Source: Callorhinchus milii (Eukaryota). Taken from it: a stretch of DNA of 64,000 bases. Made by a program: the position numbers and the translations under genes. The stretch is taken from positions 41,604,001 to 41,668,000 of the forward strand of contig NW_024704742.1 in the NCBI RefSeq assembly GCF_018977255.1. Reading direction: 5' to 3'. The notes beneath the pieces were generated by a model. It saw only the letters and a program-made list of their open reading frames with translations, was not told the DNA's origin and ran no database searches. Positions 11,603-23,842 of this stretch are shown piece after piece; position 1 is the stretch's first letter; each line of letters starts with the position of its first letter.

Positions 11603-11935
11603 TAATAATAATAATATTAATCCTTGCATTTGATATAGCGCTTTTCACGTCGGGAGGACGTCCCAAAGCGCTTCACAGAACACACTGTAAAGTGAATTGA
11701 CTGTATATTTGTGGGCGAACGCGGCAGCCAATTGCACACAGCAGTGTCCCACAAACAGTCGTAGATTGAAAATGACCAATTTATTATTCTTTTTGGTTTT
11801 TTGGAGGGATTATTATTAGGTGTGTGGAGTAAGGAAACTTGCCCAAGGTTTTGCCCTGCCTGGAATTGAACTCAGGTCTCTCATTTGCAAAGCGAGTGCT
11901 CTAACCACTGAGCTACAAACTCCACAGGACTCCAC
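11603..11935 (-). mobile_element. tRNA-Ala-derived SINE, full length, short form
   Basis: Head with A box (tagctcagtgg), TGC anticodon loop and B box (gagttcaattcc); Deu-like 3' block; L2-like tail; (TAT)n end. Confidence 0.92.
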
Positions 11936-13222
11936 AATTTTTTCGATCTTTATTCAGGTCCGAAGGAATTTCAGGTTTTGGGCTCTTTATTGGTTTCACG
12001 ACATTTGTTGATAATAGGGAGACACAAAATCGTTATAACTTGGCTTCAATTTACGGAACTGAAATCAAGTGAAACTTCTACTGGACGTTCATACTTGGTG
12101 CGTGCAAACACTTCATTGGGAGGCATATTCTGAAGCAGAGGCCCAATCGAAAGTCATGCCCAACAACTGAGGTATCAATAAAATACAACACAAAATTACA
12201 TTTGTATAGTGCCTTCGTGTCAGGGACGTCCCCAAGGTATCAAAGAGCAGTATGCAATTTGTATCTACTTGTATACCTGCTCCAAGTCCCATGCCATTCA
12301 TGCTCTACAATTGGTGAGTGAGCTTTCAGCTATTTTAAGCCCCACTCTCTGGAGAGCCCCTCGGGCTCATTCCCTCCATCCCCAAATTCAAAGCCCATCT
12401 CAAGACATTTTTGCCTGTGCTTTTGATTATCTTTCTCCTCCACATTCTCTTTGGCTCCCACCACCAGCTTGGGTGCTCAACCAGCAATGTCAAGTACTTT
12501 GAGATGTACTCCTGTGAAAGGCAGTACATGAATGCAATTGTATTGCATTGGAGCCAAGTGGAAAGAGTGTCTGGAAATTTCTTCCTCTAATGTATTGTGT
12601 GAATAATTGTAGCACTCACTTACCACCAAGCTCAATATCAGAGGTGTGAACAAGATTAATGTGTTTACAGACATGCTGCTGTAAACAACACATAGTGTTA
12701 GTGTTGATGTACATCCTGCTTCCTTCCTTCCCCCCGCCCCTTGAATTGAATAACTTTTTGAAGTTCATAAGCTTGAAGTTTAATGGGCAAAAGGATCTTT
12801 AATGTGCAAAAGCATCTTTGTTTCTGTTTAAATAACAAGAGCAATATTTACAAGGTGCAAAGCAGGCTCTGGAAATGATTATCTCTGAGGGAGGAACCTG
12901 ACAGGATGTCTGTGTGTGAGAGACAGCCAACCAGACCTATTTTAAGTAGAACTTGCTGTTGAAACTACATTTTGAAACTGCTAATTTTTCTATTTAGTTT
13001 TCTGTTCTTTTCTTTCATTTCGTTTACTCAATTATTTGTATTCTGTGCTGTGTATCTGCTAGGATCTTATTCCTAATAGATCTTTAATTAAATTATTATA
13101 ATTGGAAAATGAAACTGGAGTGACTTGGTATTAATTCACCAAATATTTGAGGCTGAGAAACAAAATACTCGTTTGTGAATTGTCAGTTCTGGGCCAATCT
13201 GAACTTGTTATTTGTAGTTATC

Positions 13223-13812
13223 ATAATAATAATAATAATAATAATAATCCTTGCATTCGATATAGTGCCTTATCATGTCATTGAGACCATCTCGAAGCGC
13301 TTCACAAAATATATTGTAAAGTGAATTGCACGTGTATTTTGTGAGCGAAATGCGGCAGTATTTTGAGGGGATTATAATAATAATTATCTTTGCATTTGGT
13401 ATAGCGACTTATCACATCTTCGAGACGTCTCAATGCGCTTCGCAGAATATACTGCAAAGTGAATTGACTGTGTATGTTGTGGAAGGAAGGCGGCAGCCAA
13501 TTGCGCACAGCAGTGACCCACAAACAGTCGTGAATTGAGTGACCAAATTATTATTATTAGTAAGGAAATAAGGAAACTTGCCCAACGTTTCGCCCTGTTG
13601 GGAATCAAACCCAGGTCCTCTCGTTTGCGAGACGAGCGCTCTAAGCTACAGGACTCCACAAAAATGATTACCCCAGAAAGCGTTCTCCAATCGACTAACA
13701 ACTGAGTTTCTACTTACTGCTAGGTAAATAGAGGCGTGTGGAGTAAGGAAATTTGCCTAAGGAATCGATCCTGGGTCCTCCACCTTGCGAGGCAAGCGTG
13801 CTATCCACTACA
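13223..13812 (-). mobile_element. Nested SINEs: short-form copy (~13376-13658) inserted into a long-form copy
   Basis: The outer tail/body (13223-13375) ends 'gaggggattat' and resumes at ~13665 'gattaccccagaaagcg', matching the uninterrupted long form at ~39195-39230. The inner copy has its own tail and head. Confidence 0.8.
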
Positions 13813-14549
13813 GAAAGCACAAAACACTGCACAAGCTTGAGAGGAAAGATATTGGGTACAATTGGAAACTGGTAGCCCTCTTGAAATAAGCAGTCTGTGG
13901 AAGACAGTAGATAAAGCTCAAGACAGAAAAATATAATAAACCGATGATGCTTTAGTTGGTAATAATCTCATTCTTTGTATTCAGACACAGAATATGATAA
14001 GTGAATAGATCAAATTAACTGAAGCAATTGAAGCAGGAACAAATTAAACCTAAATGCTCCAAAATGGATCAATGGGATAATACAAAAGGAGAAAGATTGT
14101 CGAACTTGTTTGGAGAAAGGAGCAAGTCACTATTGGGCACAATACAAGACTGCACAGAATGAGGTTAAAGAAAAGTTTAGGGGTGCCAAGAGAGAATTGT
14201 AAATGGACATGGCAGCAAATATAAAACATAGTCCCACAAAATTATTTCAATATTATAACAATAAGAGGGTAATCGGGGAAGATGTTAAAACCCTAAGGCA
14301 GGGAAGAACAATGTTTTTGGTCATCGAACAAAGTATATTTTCTTGATTGAATATTTCTGCAATATATCAAGAAAATATAATCAAGAAAAAACTGGAAACT
14401 AAACATTGATTTAAAACAGACTTACCTAGACTAGGGCGAATGTTCGCCAAGCTACTTCTTGATGGCCCCATGAGGCACTACTGGCCTAAGGGATTTAAAA
14501 TGACTTGAAAAATAATGAACAGGAGATAGTGGAAGACGTTCACATATCC

Positions 14550-14687
14550 ACATCTGAAGACTTTCCTCATCGACTTGCCTAAGGTCACCTCCCCCTCTCC
14601 CTGGTTTTGTGTCAAGCTCCAGCACTGTTAAGCGCTCCGAGATGCTACTCTGCATTGAAGTCGCTATATGATTACAAGTTGTTGTTG
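14550..14687 (+). mobile_element. L2 3' tail fragment within the CR1 relic
   Basis: 'ctgaagactttcctc...taagcgctccgagatgc...gtcgctatatgattacaagttgttgttg'. Confidence 0.65.
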
Positions 14688-15099
14688 AGATATTAAATGA
14701 CAAATCAAAATCCTGCCACCCAACATCCAGCAAACAATGCTTGGGCTCCAGGACTTTGATCTAAGTGAGGCTGAGGTTCTGGATAGGCTTAAGGGAATGA
14801 ATACCAACAAAAATACTTCAGGCAGGAGATTTGTGAAACATTGACAGACATTATAAGGCAGCTAATCACCACTGGAGACTGGAAGCAAACAACGTGGTTC
14901 CAATATTCAAGAAAGGTGACTGAACCACACCTTGTGACCACAGATGCATAATTGAAAAGCTGATGCAGTTAATCATTAAAGAAAGGAAATAGAGGTATTA
15001 AACGGGGTGCCTCAGGGGTCTATACAGGGAACCTTCCTGTTCTTTGCATTTATTAATGACCTGGATTCACAAACTCAGTGGAAAGTTAAATTGATTATT

Positions 15100-15510
15100 C
15101 AAACAACAAACTGCATTTATAATGCCTTTCACATCAGGAGGATGTCCCAAGACGCTAGACAGTGTAGTGTTTGCAACCAAGCTGGTAGTTGGAGTCAAGA
15201 GAGGTGGGCGCAAGATGACCGAAGCCATGGTTGAAGAAGGTTTTGAGACGGGCTTTGAAGGAGTTAAGGGTGCAGGATGGAGTTCCAGAGGGTGGGGGCA
15301 GAAAGGTCTTGGTTAGGCCTGACTGCTGATGGTGGAGTGGGCAGGGTGGGGGACATGGAGCAGACCAGTGCCTGCCGAGTGCAGGGAGCAGACAGCTTGG
15401 TAAACTTTTAGTAGGTCGCAGAGCTAGGGAGGAACAAGTCCATGGAGGACTGAGGTGATAGGCTCACAGAGCTTAGTGCAGGAGAGGACACGAGCTGCAG
15501 AGTTCTGAAT
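15100..15510 (-). mobile_element. L2 3' fragment inserted in CR1
   Basis: Tail 'caacaaactgcatttataatgcctttcacatcaggaggatgtcccaag' and 'gaggacacgagctgcagagttctg' (QNSAARVL on the minus strand). Confidence 0.85.
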
Positions 15511-16992
15511 AATGAGACAGCAAAGGACTTACAAAGAGAGTTTGATTGATATGCACATGGCTGATAACTGGCAAATAAAGTTCAAAACAGATAATTGCTT
15601 ATAGCAAGTAAACTAGGAAGAACATGTAATCCATGAGCTAGATGGAACTTGCCAAGGGGGAACCTGAAAGAGATGTAGGTGTCAAAAAAGTGTGAGCAAC
15701 AATAATCAAGGCAAACAGGATGCGCAGTTGTATGGCTACATCAGTTGAGTTCATATCCCCAGCAGTTATGCTTTTGCTCTGAGCTAGGTATAGTTCTGGT
15801 CACCACAACATAAAGAAGATGTCCAGGCTCCAGAGGCAGGCCAGTAAACAGAAATGCGCATAATCTGAAGTATTAGAAAAATGATCTGTGAGCAATGATT
15901 TGACAAGTTAAAGCCCTGTAACCTTGGGAAGATACATCTCAGAGGGGATTTACAGAGATATGTATGATTGTATATGGTATTGAGGAATGCCAGGGCAAGA
16001 GGGCACAGATTTTTCACATCTGTCAGAACTTGCAGTATTAAATCAGTCCATCTATGGTGATGATTGTGGAGGTATGGTTCTTTAATACTGATGGTTTTCT
16101 CCTATATTGTTGAGTGGTATAGCAAACCTCTTTGGGTTGTATTATATTAGTGCATCACACTGAATGGACACATGGGAAATAGATCTGAGTGCAGCATTTA
16201 TGTAGAGGAAGTAATTTACCTGCTGCAAGTGGCTCAAGTAGTCTGCAGGAAGAAATAATGATAACTGGGCCCACGGGCTGAAAGAGACACACATTTGACT
16301 GAAAATTCCAGAAAATGTCACATTTATAACCAAAGAGAAGCTACATACTGAAATGTACAAATTTGTACATGAAATGGGATTGAAACAATGGCATGGAGGG
16401 CACTGAATAGTTGGAGATAAAAAGAAATAATTTACTTCAGGCATTAGATGCATATATAAATAAAGTAACAGGATGAAATTTGTGTGACGTTTCAGATCAC
16501 ATGGGTTGAGAATATGGTACGTGATGTAAATATTTATCACATCCCATACTACATTTCCCTCACCCCCACGTCTCAATGTTTACCTCAATCTTTCTGATAT
16601 TGCAAAAGTATCTGTACCAGTACAGATCAATACAATTAACCTCACAACAATCTTATAAAAAGTTGTAAAAGAAACATAAAAGACATTAACATAATTTTTT
16701 TCTTTGTACTGACTGGAAATGCGGTAGTTTTGAAAGTTTTCAAACCAAGCTACTGAGTATTCCACATATGTATATGGTTTCTGTTTGTATAACATGGGAT
16801 GCTCACTTTTTTCCCAGAGGTAGTCACCCTGTTTGCCTAATCTCAGAGTTTAGATGCAGGTTGGCAAGACTCAAGTTTTAGGAATCACACAGTGCCCATT
16901 GAGATAAACCTGAAGTTTAACCAGCTATAACTGGAATGCTATTGTGAAATAGCACAGATTAGACTTCCAATTTAGCCGTAGAAAGCAGTCAC

Positions 16993-18140
16993 TGATGCTA
17001 TGTTTATGTACCATGTCAGCCTGTTTGGGGGGTCAGACGGATGTTTGACTTATGTGGAAACCCCATCACCATGCTTAAGAGTATCCAAACCAAGCTGAGA
17101 ATTCCATGCATCCCACCTAACATATGGAAATCCCAGAAATAGATTGGTGGAATGGAATACGCACTCTCTCCCTGGAGGGACGTATCCTGCTTACATAATT
17201 CCGGAAAGTATAAGGCCTTGGTTGGCAAGCGCCAAGGCTTGGGTACCCCAGAGTGTGCATTGGGGTAACTGCTGCAGTCTAACCAGCTAAAACCACATAG
17301 CTTGCCGTTGATATTGCTGTCTGCCAAGCATTCCTGCTGTGTGTCCAGCTAGGACCACCCTACAGGTGAGGGCTTTGGCTTGCAGGGTTAACAGGAGCTG
17401 AGTGGGATGACTCTCTGCCTCTATAAAATATGTATTCTTCTTTGGTCCCGTACACCAGTCTGATCTCGTCAATCCCAGTTTTCCAAACAATGCGGATTCC
17501 TTGGGATTGATCTTGTCAACCCCAGTCTCTCTGACTGGTTTCTTATCTGTGCTGAGCTGCGGTCTTGTGTTATTCTGCAGATATTTAAATAACATTAGAT
17601 TAAAGAAGCTAGCAGCAATTAAAGGGTTGAAAGGGAGTGTTAAGCTAAACAGAGGCATTGTGAGAAAACAATCAAGGTAAAAAAACACCAAATGCAATTA
17701 GTCAGAGTTGGTTAGAATCTAGATACAAATAGACAAGGCGGAATTGCTGGTGACAAAATATCTGGCATTGAACTTTGTGTATTGGGTCTTGTCTTAACCA
17801 TATATGGGTAAAACATATTGAGAATTGAGGTACAAGATGTGTGCGTTTAGTAAAGGAATGAACAGGGTCAACTTGTTTCCCTGAGGAATCGGGTAATAGC
17901 GTTTTCTCTGTAAATTTACCGTTTTAATCTTTGTGCAGGTTAATTTTATACTCTGGACTGATCCGAGTGTTCCCAGCGACTTCTGTTTTTGTTAACTTTA
18001 AACTTGTTGGCCGAATAAAATCGCTTGTCATTGCATCACCATTTTGATAGTCTTCCGAATCTCGCTGACTTACCCCCCCCCCGTGTCTGGTTTGCCCTTC
18101 CAGGTCCTGCCAATGAGCCAGGCTAGCTGTCCTGTCATCA
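16993..18140 (+). mobile_element. Candidate solo LTR
   Basis: A ~1.15-kb unique block, slightly richer in GC, with TATAAAA (~17422), AATAAA (~18014) and possible TGATG...CATCA termini. The flanks match only partly (gtcac/gtccg), so no clean TSD. Confidence 0.35.
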
Positions 18141-18687
18141 GTCCGGCTTAATTGTTAGCACTCTCATAAATTAAGCCCCACATTAAGACTTTAAATGTAT
18201 AATAGGCTGTTGCTCTAACGCAATGCTTGGGGTGTGTTACATTGTGGGAAATGCAGTCCTTTGGATGAGATGTAAACGCAGGTCCTGTCTGCCTGGACAT
18301 TTGGTGGCAATACAATTAACACGTATTATATACCATCTTTCACATTGGAAGGAGGTCTCAAAATGCTTTACACAACTGGCTGGGAATCTTAGCGGGCTGG
18401 GAGGGGGGGAGTGGGGGGAGATGAAGAGGGTGGGGGAACAGAGGCAAGGCTCTTTATGCTGGGATTGTTGTAAACTAAATGAAGTGGCATACATGCTGTC
18501 AGTGAACTTTAACATCACACAATGTGACTTGATCCTGCAAGCTGTCTGTGTACCATCATGTACACTGTATGTCTCCAGGCTGATATAACCTTATGTCTCC
18601 AGAAGCAGGAGCACAAAAATGGAGATGTAGTCAATTGAGCTCTGCTTCCCCCCCTGTTGCCATTACTTTCATTCTGACATTGTGTAG

Positions 18688-18748
18688 ACTCACTGCCAGT
18701 GCCAACATGATGAGCAAGACAGCGTGGAGTGATGTGATTGACTGTCAG
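18688..18748 (+). other. Candidate 61-nt exon with possible start codon (MMSKTAWSDVIDCQ)
   Basis: Branch-like CTGAC + TGTGTAG acceptor, GCCAACATG context at 18701-18709, 14 open codons, and consensus donor CAG|GTAAGT. I do not recognise the protein. Confidence 0.35.
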
Positions 18749-19193
18749 GTAAGTAATTTGATACATAACAACTTTTGGCACTTGTCAAATTCTGTAAACA
18801 TCTTTCTGATAATGTGAAAGATATTCTGTCCTCAGCTGAAGGTAGCACGCAAAGCAAAGATTAATGCTGGGCACAAAAAAAATGTATAATTCCTGGATGT
18901 GCATCAGTCTGAAAACACATCTCCTATTTGTTTGAGGGCTTTCATACTAGCATTATATGACTGCTGCAAATTGCTACAGTAGTTCAGTAGAAGCCTAATG
19001 ATGTGCTGCAACACAGAAATACCATCTCGTAGTTATATCCTGCACAATGATGTGTTAATGGCACTGGCAGGGCAAATGTAATTTTGTTGTTGTTGAATAA
19101 GCATTGTATATACTCTGCCAAATGGGACTCTGAAGGCAAATCCTGAACAATAGTAACTACAATAATAAACATTTACAATAGTATAGTACCTTT

Positions 19194-20160
19194 AATGGGG
19201 TCAACTTCCACATGTATGTGGATGACACCCAATTATACCTCTCTGCCTCCACCCTTGACCACTGCTGTCCTGACAGAATGTCTTCCAGACATCAAATCTT
19301 GGATGAGAGCTAACTTTCTTCAGTTGAATGTCAACAAGACCGAGGCTCTCCTGATTGGCTCCTGTCAGCGCCTCCTCACCTCAGGCGCTGACAGTATCAC
19401 CATCCATGGTTGCACACTCCACCTTACTAAGTCAACGGAACCTTGTGGTCTTGTTTGGCCCTCAACTATCCTTTTTACCCCACATCTGCACTGTGACCCG
19501 CTCTACCATCCCCCACCTCCGCAACATCGCTCGGCTCCGACATTGTCTCACCCAGCAGGCCGCCGAAACCCTCATACTTGCCTTCATTAAATCCAGGCTC
19601 GACTGTGCAAACTCATTGCAGTCGGCCTCCCCAACTCTTCCCCCTGTAGGTGCAGAACATCCAAAACTCTGCAGCCCGCACCAGGCTCTGTGACCCTATC
19701 ACCCCCATCCTCGCCCTACTCCACTGGTTTCCCATCACACAGAGGATACAGTTCAAGATCCTGGTCCTCAGTTTCAAAGCCCTCCAGGGTCTTGCTCCCC
19801 CCTACCTCTGCTACCTCCTAACCCCCTACCATCTTGCTCGCTCCCTCCGCTCAGCGGGCTGCGGCCTGCTTCACGACCCTTGTCTCACTCGCCCCACTAT
19901 TGGCGGGCAGGCCTTCTGCCACTCTGCCCCCACTCTCTGGAACTCCATCCCACAGTCCCTCTGCCTCGTCCCCTCTTGCCACCTTCAAAACCCACCTCAA
20001 GACCCTCCTCTTCAACTGTGCTTTTGATCTCCCTGTTTCCCCACCTGTCCTCTACATTCCCGACCCTATCCCCCAGCTCGGGTTCAAAACTGTCTGTCCA
20101 GCATCTTGGGACGTCCTCCCGACTATTGGCTTTACAAATGTAATTTTGTTGTTGTTGTTT
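19194..20160 (+). mobile_element. L2 LINE 3' ~1 kb fragment (RT C-terminal half)
   Basis: 'FHMYVDDTQL', 'LTECLPDIKSWMRANFLQLNVNKTEALLIG', 'ITPILALLHWFPITQRIQFKILVL'; (GTT)n tail at ~20145-20160. Confidence 0.93.
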
Positions 20161-21479
20161 AATGTAAAAACAAATATCTTGAAATACAAATACTGTAGTT
20201 TGAAATGAAGTGAATATTGTTTTACATAGGTAAACACGGTAACTAATCTGCAACAGCAATGTCCCGTAAACAATAATGACATAAAATGCTAATTATTTTG
20301 AAATGGGAGAGTAATTTCGGATCAGAAGGGGATTATAATCCAGGAGAAAGACTCCATGAATCTTTGAAATAGCAACGTTAGGGAGTTCCTTTTAAATCCA
20401 ATTAAATCACGAAGTAGATGGAACGTAATGTTAATACTGTAACACGATCAAAGAATGTATGATGGTGAGTTGGAAATAAATATGTATTTATAAATACATA
20501 TAAATAAATATATAAATACATTGTATGTAATATAGAATGATGTTGTGTAGTCAATATGTTCAGATACCTTGAGGCAGCAAGACAAAAGGGCACTGGTTTA
20601 GGCTCGTGAAGGGAAATATAGGTCAGACATCAGGAACGTTCACCCTTATGATGGCAAATGGGACTCGGTTTAACATCTAATCTGACAATCTCTGACAATG
20701 AAGCAATATCCCAGCAATGTCTATGATCTTACCTTCGTGGAATGTAATGAAGAAAGCAATTGTTGTTGTGAACTGACTGTACTTCAACATGAGTTTGATG
20801 GCTCGAATCAATATTCAACATGACCCTTATTGAAAACCGTATAATTTAGCAGATTATTTTGTCGTAACTGCATTTAGAAAGCAAGGCCAGTAGAATTTCA
20901 ATACTGCGTTGGAAACACATTTGGTGATTCACGCATTAAAATAACAGGAAATCAACTGAGCAATAAATCAGGAAAATGTTATTAATCTGACTATTGACTC
21001 TCCCAACACATAGTGAAGATCAATAAAGTAAGATGGAATCAATAGAAAAAGGAATAATTATGTGATGAAAATCAATTCCTGACACAAGAATAATGATTGT
21101 CACGCCTGGAATCTGAAGCATAAGGTAAAATATTAACCTCCATAACCTAACTCTCTTGGTAAATTTATGTATCTCACGAAACACTCAAGTGTTGTATGCC
21201 TGGTTATCACCAACCAAGCCCTTTGCACCAGTTTTAAATATTTCTGCAAAATCTCAAAATTCTGACCCCATATTACAGCTCCTAGCAAACAGCAATCTGT
21301 AATTTCAGTCACATTTTAGTATCTAATGTATTTGTTGCTTTACACATGAACCTTAAGGTAACATATTTCATGAAGCATGAATTAATTTTGAAAATCTTGT
21401 ACGTGCTGTAGTCACAATTATGAAGTGAGCTCCTATTCAAATATAGTATCATTAAAGCATACGGCAATCCAGCAAATAC

Positions 21480-21750
21480 AAACAACTTTAAAGAGGTTCT
21501 GTCTGTCTGTTCAGGTGGACGTTAAAGATCCCTATACCATTCCAAAGAGAAGGGAATTTCTCCTTATGTCCCAGCCAACAATTCCCCAAATAAAATTGGT
21601 CACCCACTTAATGGCTGTTTGTGGGATATTACTGTGCACAAATCGACTGTGACATTTACCCACGAAAGAGACATTTCACTTTACACTTTACACTTTGAGA
21701 TATCCTCCTGCTGTGAAAGGCACTATATCAAATGTGAGGATTATTATTAT
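21480..21750 (+). mobile_element. Deu-domain SINE 3' part
   Basis: 'gtctgttcaggtggacgttaaagatccc'...'ctgtttgtgggatattactgtgcacaaat'...'tgtgaaaggcactatatcaaatg' + (TAT)n. Confidence 0.7.
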
Positions 21751-22449
21751 CTTTTTTGCTGGAGGAATGCTCTTGTGTCAGAAAGGAATTTTAATAAGGT
21801 GACCCTATGTGTGAAGAAATGTTTCTGATTTCACATTTAACTGGTTCAGTTCTCAATTCAAAAAAGGCAGAAACCTTCCACATAATCACCACTTTTGTTT
21901 GCATGAATGCATAAACAACTAAAAATAACGAGCAGGAATCTCAAGGGTTCCATTGAATTAGCAAAGAGTACCCTCTTGACAGGTGCAGTTTTCTAAATTA
22001 TCCATATCACTGCACTTCACACCAAAATTGGTGCATCATGTGCACATACGTAGACCGCCCAAATGTGAATTTATAGTGTAAGGTGATAAATATCACATCA
22101 TGTGTTACATTTTCACCCCATAATGCCACCCAATTTCCATTTGTGTCAAAGCTGTGAAATACTATAAGGGTACATTACATTGTATTCAATGCATTTATAT
22201 AGCTCCTTTCACATAGGGTAATGCCTCAGAGGATTTTACAAGGGCAGGGTTAGATGCCGAGCAAGGGAGAGGAGGGAGGTGGCCATAGGTATGTTCAAAG
22301 TAGACTTTGAGATTGAACTGAATGCTCAGCCATGATAATGGTGCAGAGAGGGTGGGGTACATGGAGCAAAGTCCAAATTAGCTGGGTGCAGTGAGCAAGT
22401 GGAGGAATAGCTATACAGAGGACTCTTAATTCAAATGTAAATTCACTTT

Positions 22450-23842
22450 ATAAACCTGTCCCTGTCCTCTGGTACTGTTCCCACCCCATTAAAAACCGCC
22501 GTCATCACTCCTATCCTTAAAAATCTCTCCCTGGACCCATGTCTACTCACAAACTACTGCCCCATCTCCAACCTCCCTTTCCTCTCCAAGGTCCTGGAAC
22601 CAGTTTTTGCTTCTTAGCTTCGCTCCTTCCTCCCCTGCCACAAAACCCTCCAATTGGGTTTCCGTGCCGCCCACGATACAGAAACAACCCTGGTCAAAGT
22701 GACAAATGACATTCTGTTCATTGGTAACCAGGGCTCCCTCTTCCTCCTCCTTGACCTCTCTGCTGCCTTCAACACTGTCAACCACTCTATCCTCATCCAC
22801 TGCCTCTCCTCTCATTTCAACCTTCACGGCTCTGTCCTTGACTGGTTCAGATCGTACCTCTCACACCGCCTCCAACTTCATTTCCACAAACAACTTCTCT
22901 TCTAGCACCCGCACCATCTTGTGTAGTGTTCCTAATGGCTCTATCCTTGGCTCCCTCCTCTTCAATAGCTATATGCTCCCTCTTGGTGACATCATCCGCA
23001 GACATGGGGTCAACTTCCACATGTATGCCGATGACACCCAACTGTACCTCTCTGCCTCCACCCTTGACTCCAGGACCACTGCTGTCCTGACAGAATGTCT
23101 GTCAGACATCAAGTCCTGGATGAGAGCTAATTTTCTTCAGTTGAACGTCAACAAGACCGAGGCTCTCCTGATTGGCTCCTATCAGCGCCTCCTCACCTCA
23201 GGCACTGAGAGCATCACCGTCCATGGTTCCACACTCCACCTTCCTAAGCCACTCTGGAACCTTGGCGTTTTGTTTGACCCTCAACTATCCTTTCTACCCC
23301 ACATCTGCATCATGACCTTCTCTGTCTTCCCCCACCTCTGCAACATCACCTGGCTCCGACACTATCTCACACCACAGGCCGCCAAAACCCTCATACATGC
23401 TTTCATTATATCGAGGCTTGACTATGCAAACTTATTGCTTGTCAACCTTCTCAACTCCTCCCTCCATAGGCTGCAGAACATCTATAACTCTGCAGCCCAT
23501 GTCCTCTCTTGCACTAGGCTCCGCGACTCTATCACCCCCATCCTCGCCCTACTCCACTGGCTTCCCATCACACAGAGGATACAGTTCAAGATCCTGGTCC
23601 TCACCTTCAAAGCCCTCCAGGGTCTTGCTCCCCCCTACCTCTGTGACCTCCTAACCCCCTACCATCCTACTCACTCCCTCCGCTCAGCAGGCTCTAGCCT
23701 GCTTCGATAGTGCTTTCGATCTCCCTGCTTCCTCCCCGACCTCAACCCCCAGCTCGGTCCGAAACTCTGTCTGTCCAGAGCCTTGGGATGTTTTCCCGAC
23801 GTGAAAGGCACTATACAAATGTAATTTTGTTGTTGTTGTTGC
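22450..23842 (+). mobile_element. L2 LINE fragment with a 334-codon open stretch of RT
   Basis: '[20 protein letters not shown]', '[19 protein letters not shown]', 'VPNGSILGSLLF', 'FHMYADDTQLY', 'ISRLDYANLLL', 'LHWLPITQRIQFKIL'. There is an internal deletion near 23705 and a (GTT)n tail. Confidence 0.95.

Larger units (their letters stand above)
13850..15980 (+). mobile_element. Highly decayed CR1 LINE ORF2 with internal deletions, split by L2 insertions
   Basis: Remnant peptides appear in CR1 order: 'MAANIKHSPTKLFQYYNNKR', 'EAEVLDRLKGMNTNK', 'NVVPIFKKGD', 'GVPQGSIQGTFLFFAFINDLD', 'ADNWQIKF', 'FWSPQHKEDVQA'. Confidence 0.85.

Noticed and set aside
14428..14487. Minus-strand 60-nt exon with AG acceptor and GTAAGT donor
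   Set aside because: All three frames contain or end in a stop, and it lies inside a CR1 relic. At most a non-coding or cryptic exon.
16055..16190. C/D-box snoRNA (TGATGA...CTGA)
   Set aside because: No terminal stem or recognisable rRNA antisense element; the motifs are short enough to occur by chance.
20733..20867. Minus-strand exon with good splice signals
   Set aside because: Stops in all three frames; such signals arise often by chance in 64 kb.
22706..23710. 334-aa ORF as a host or retron-like RT gene
   Set aside because: L2 LINE RT fragment: 5'-truncated, frameshifted upstream, with multiple sibling copies and an L2 tail.
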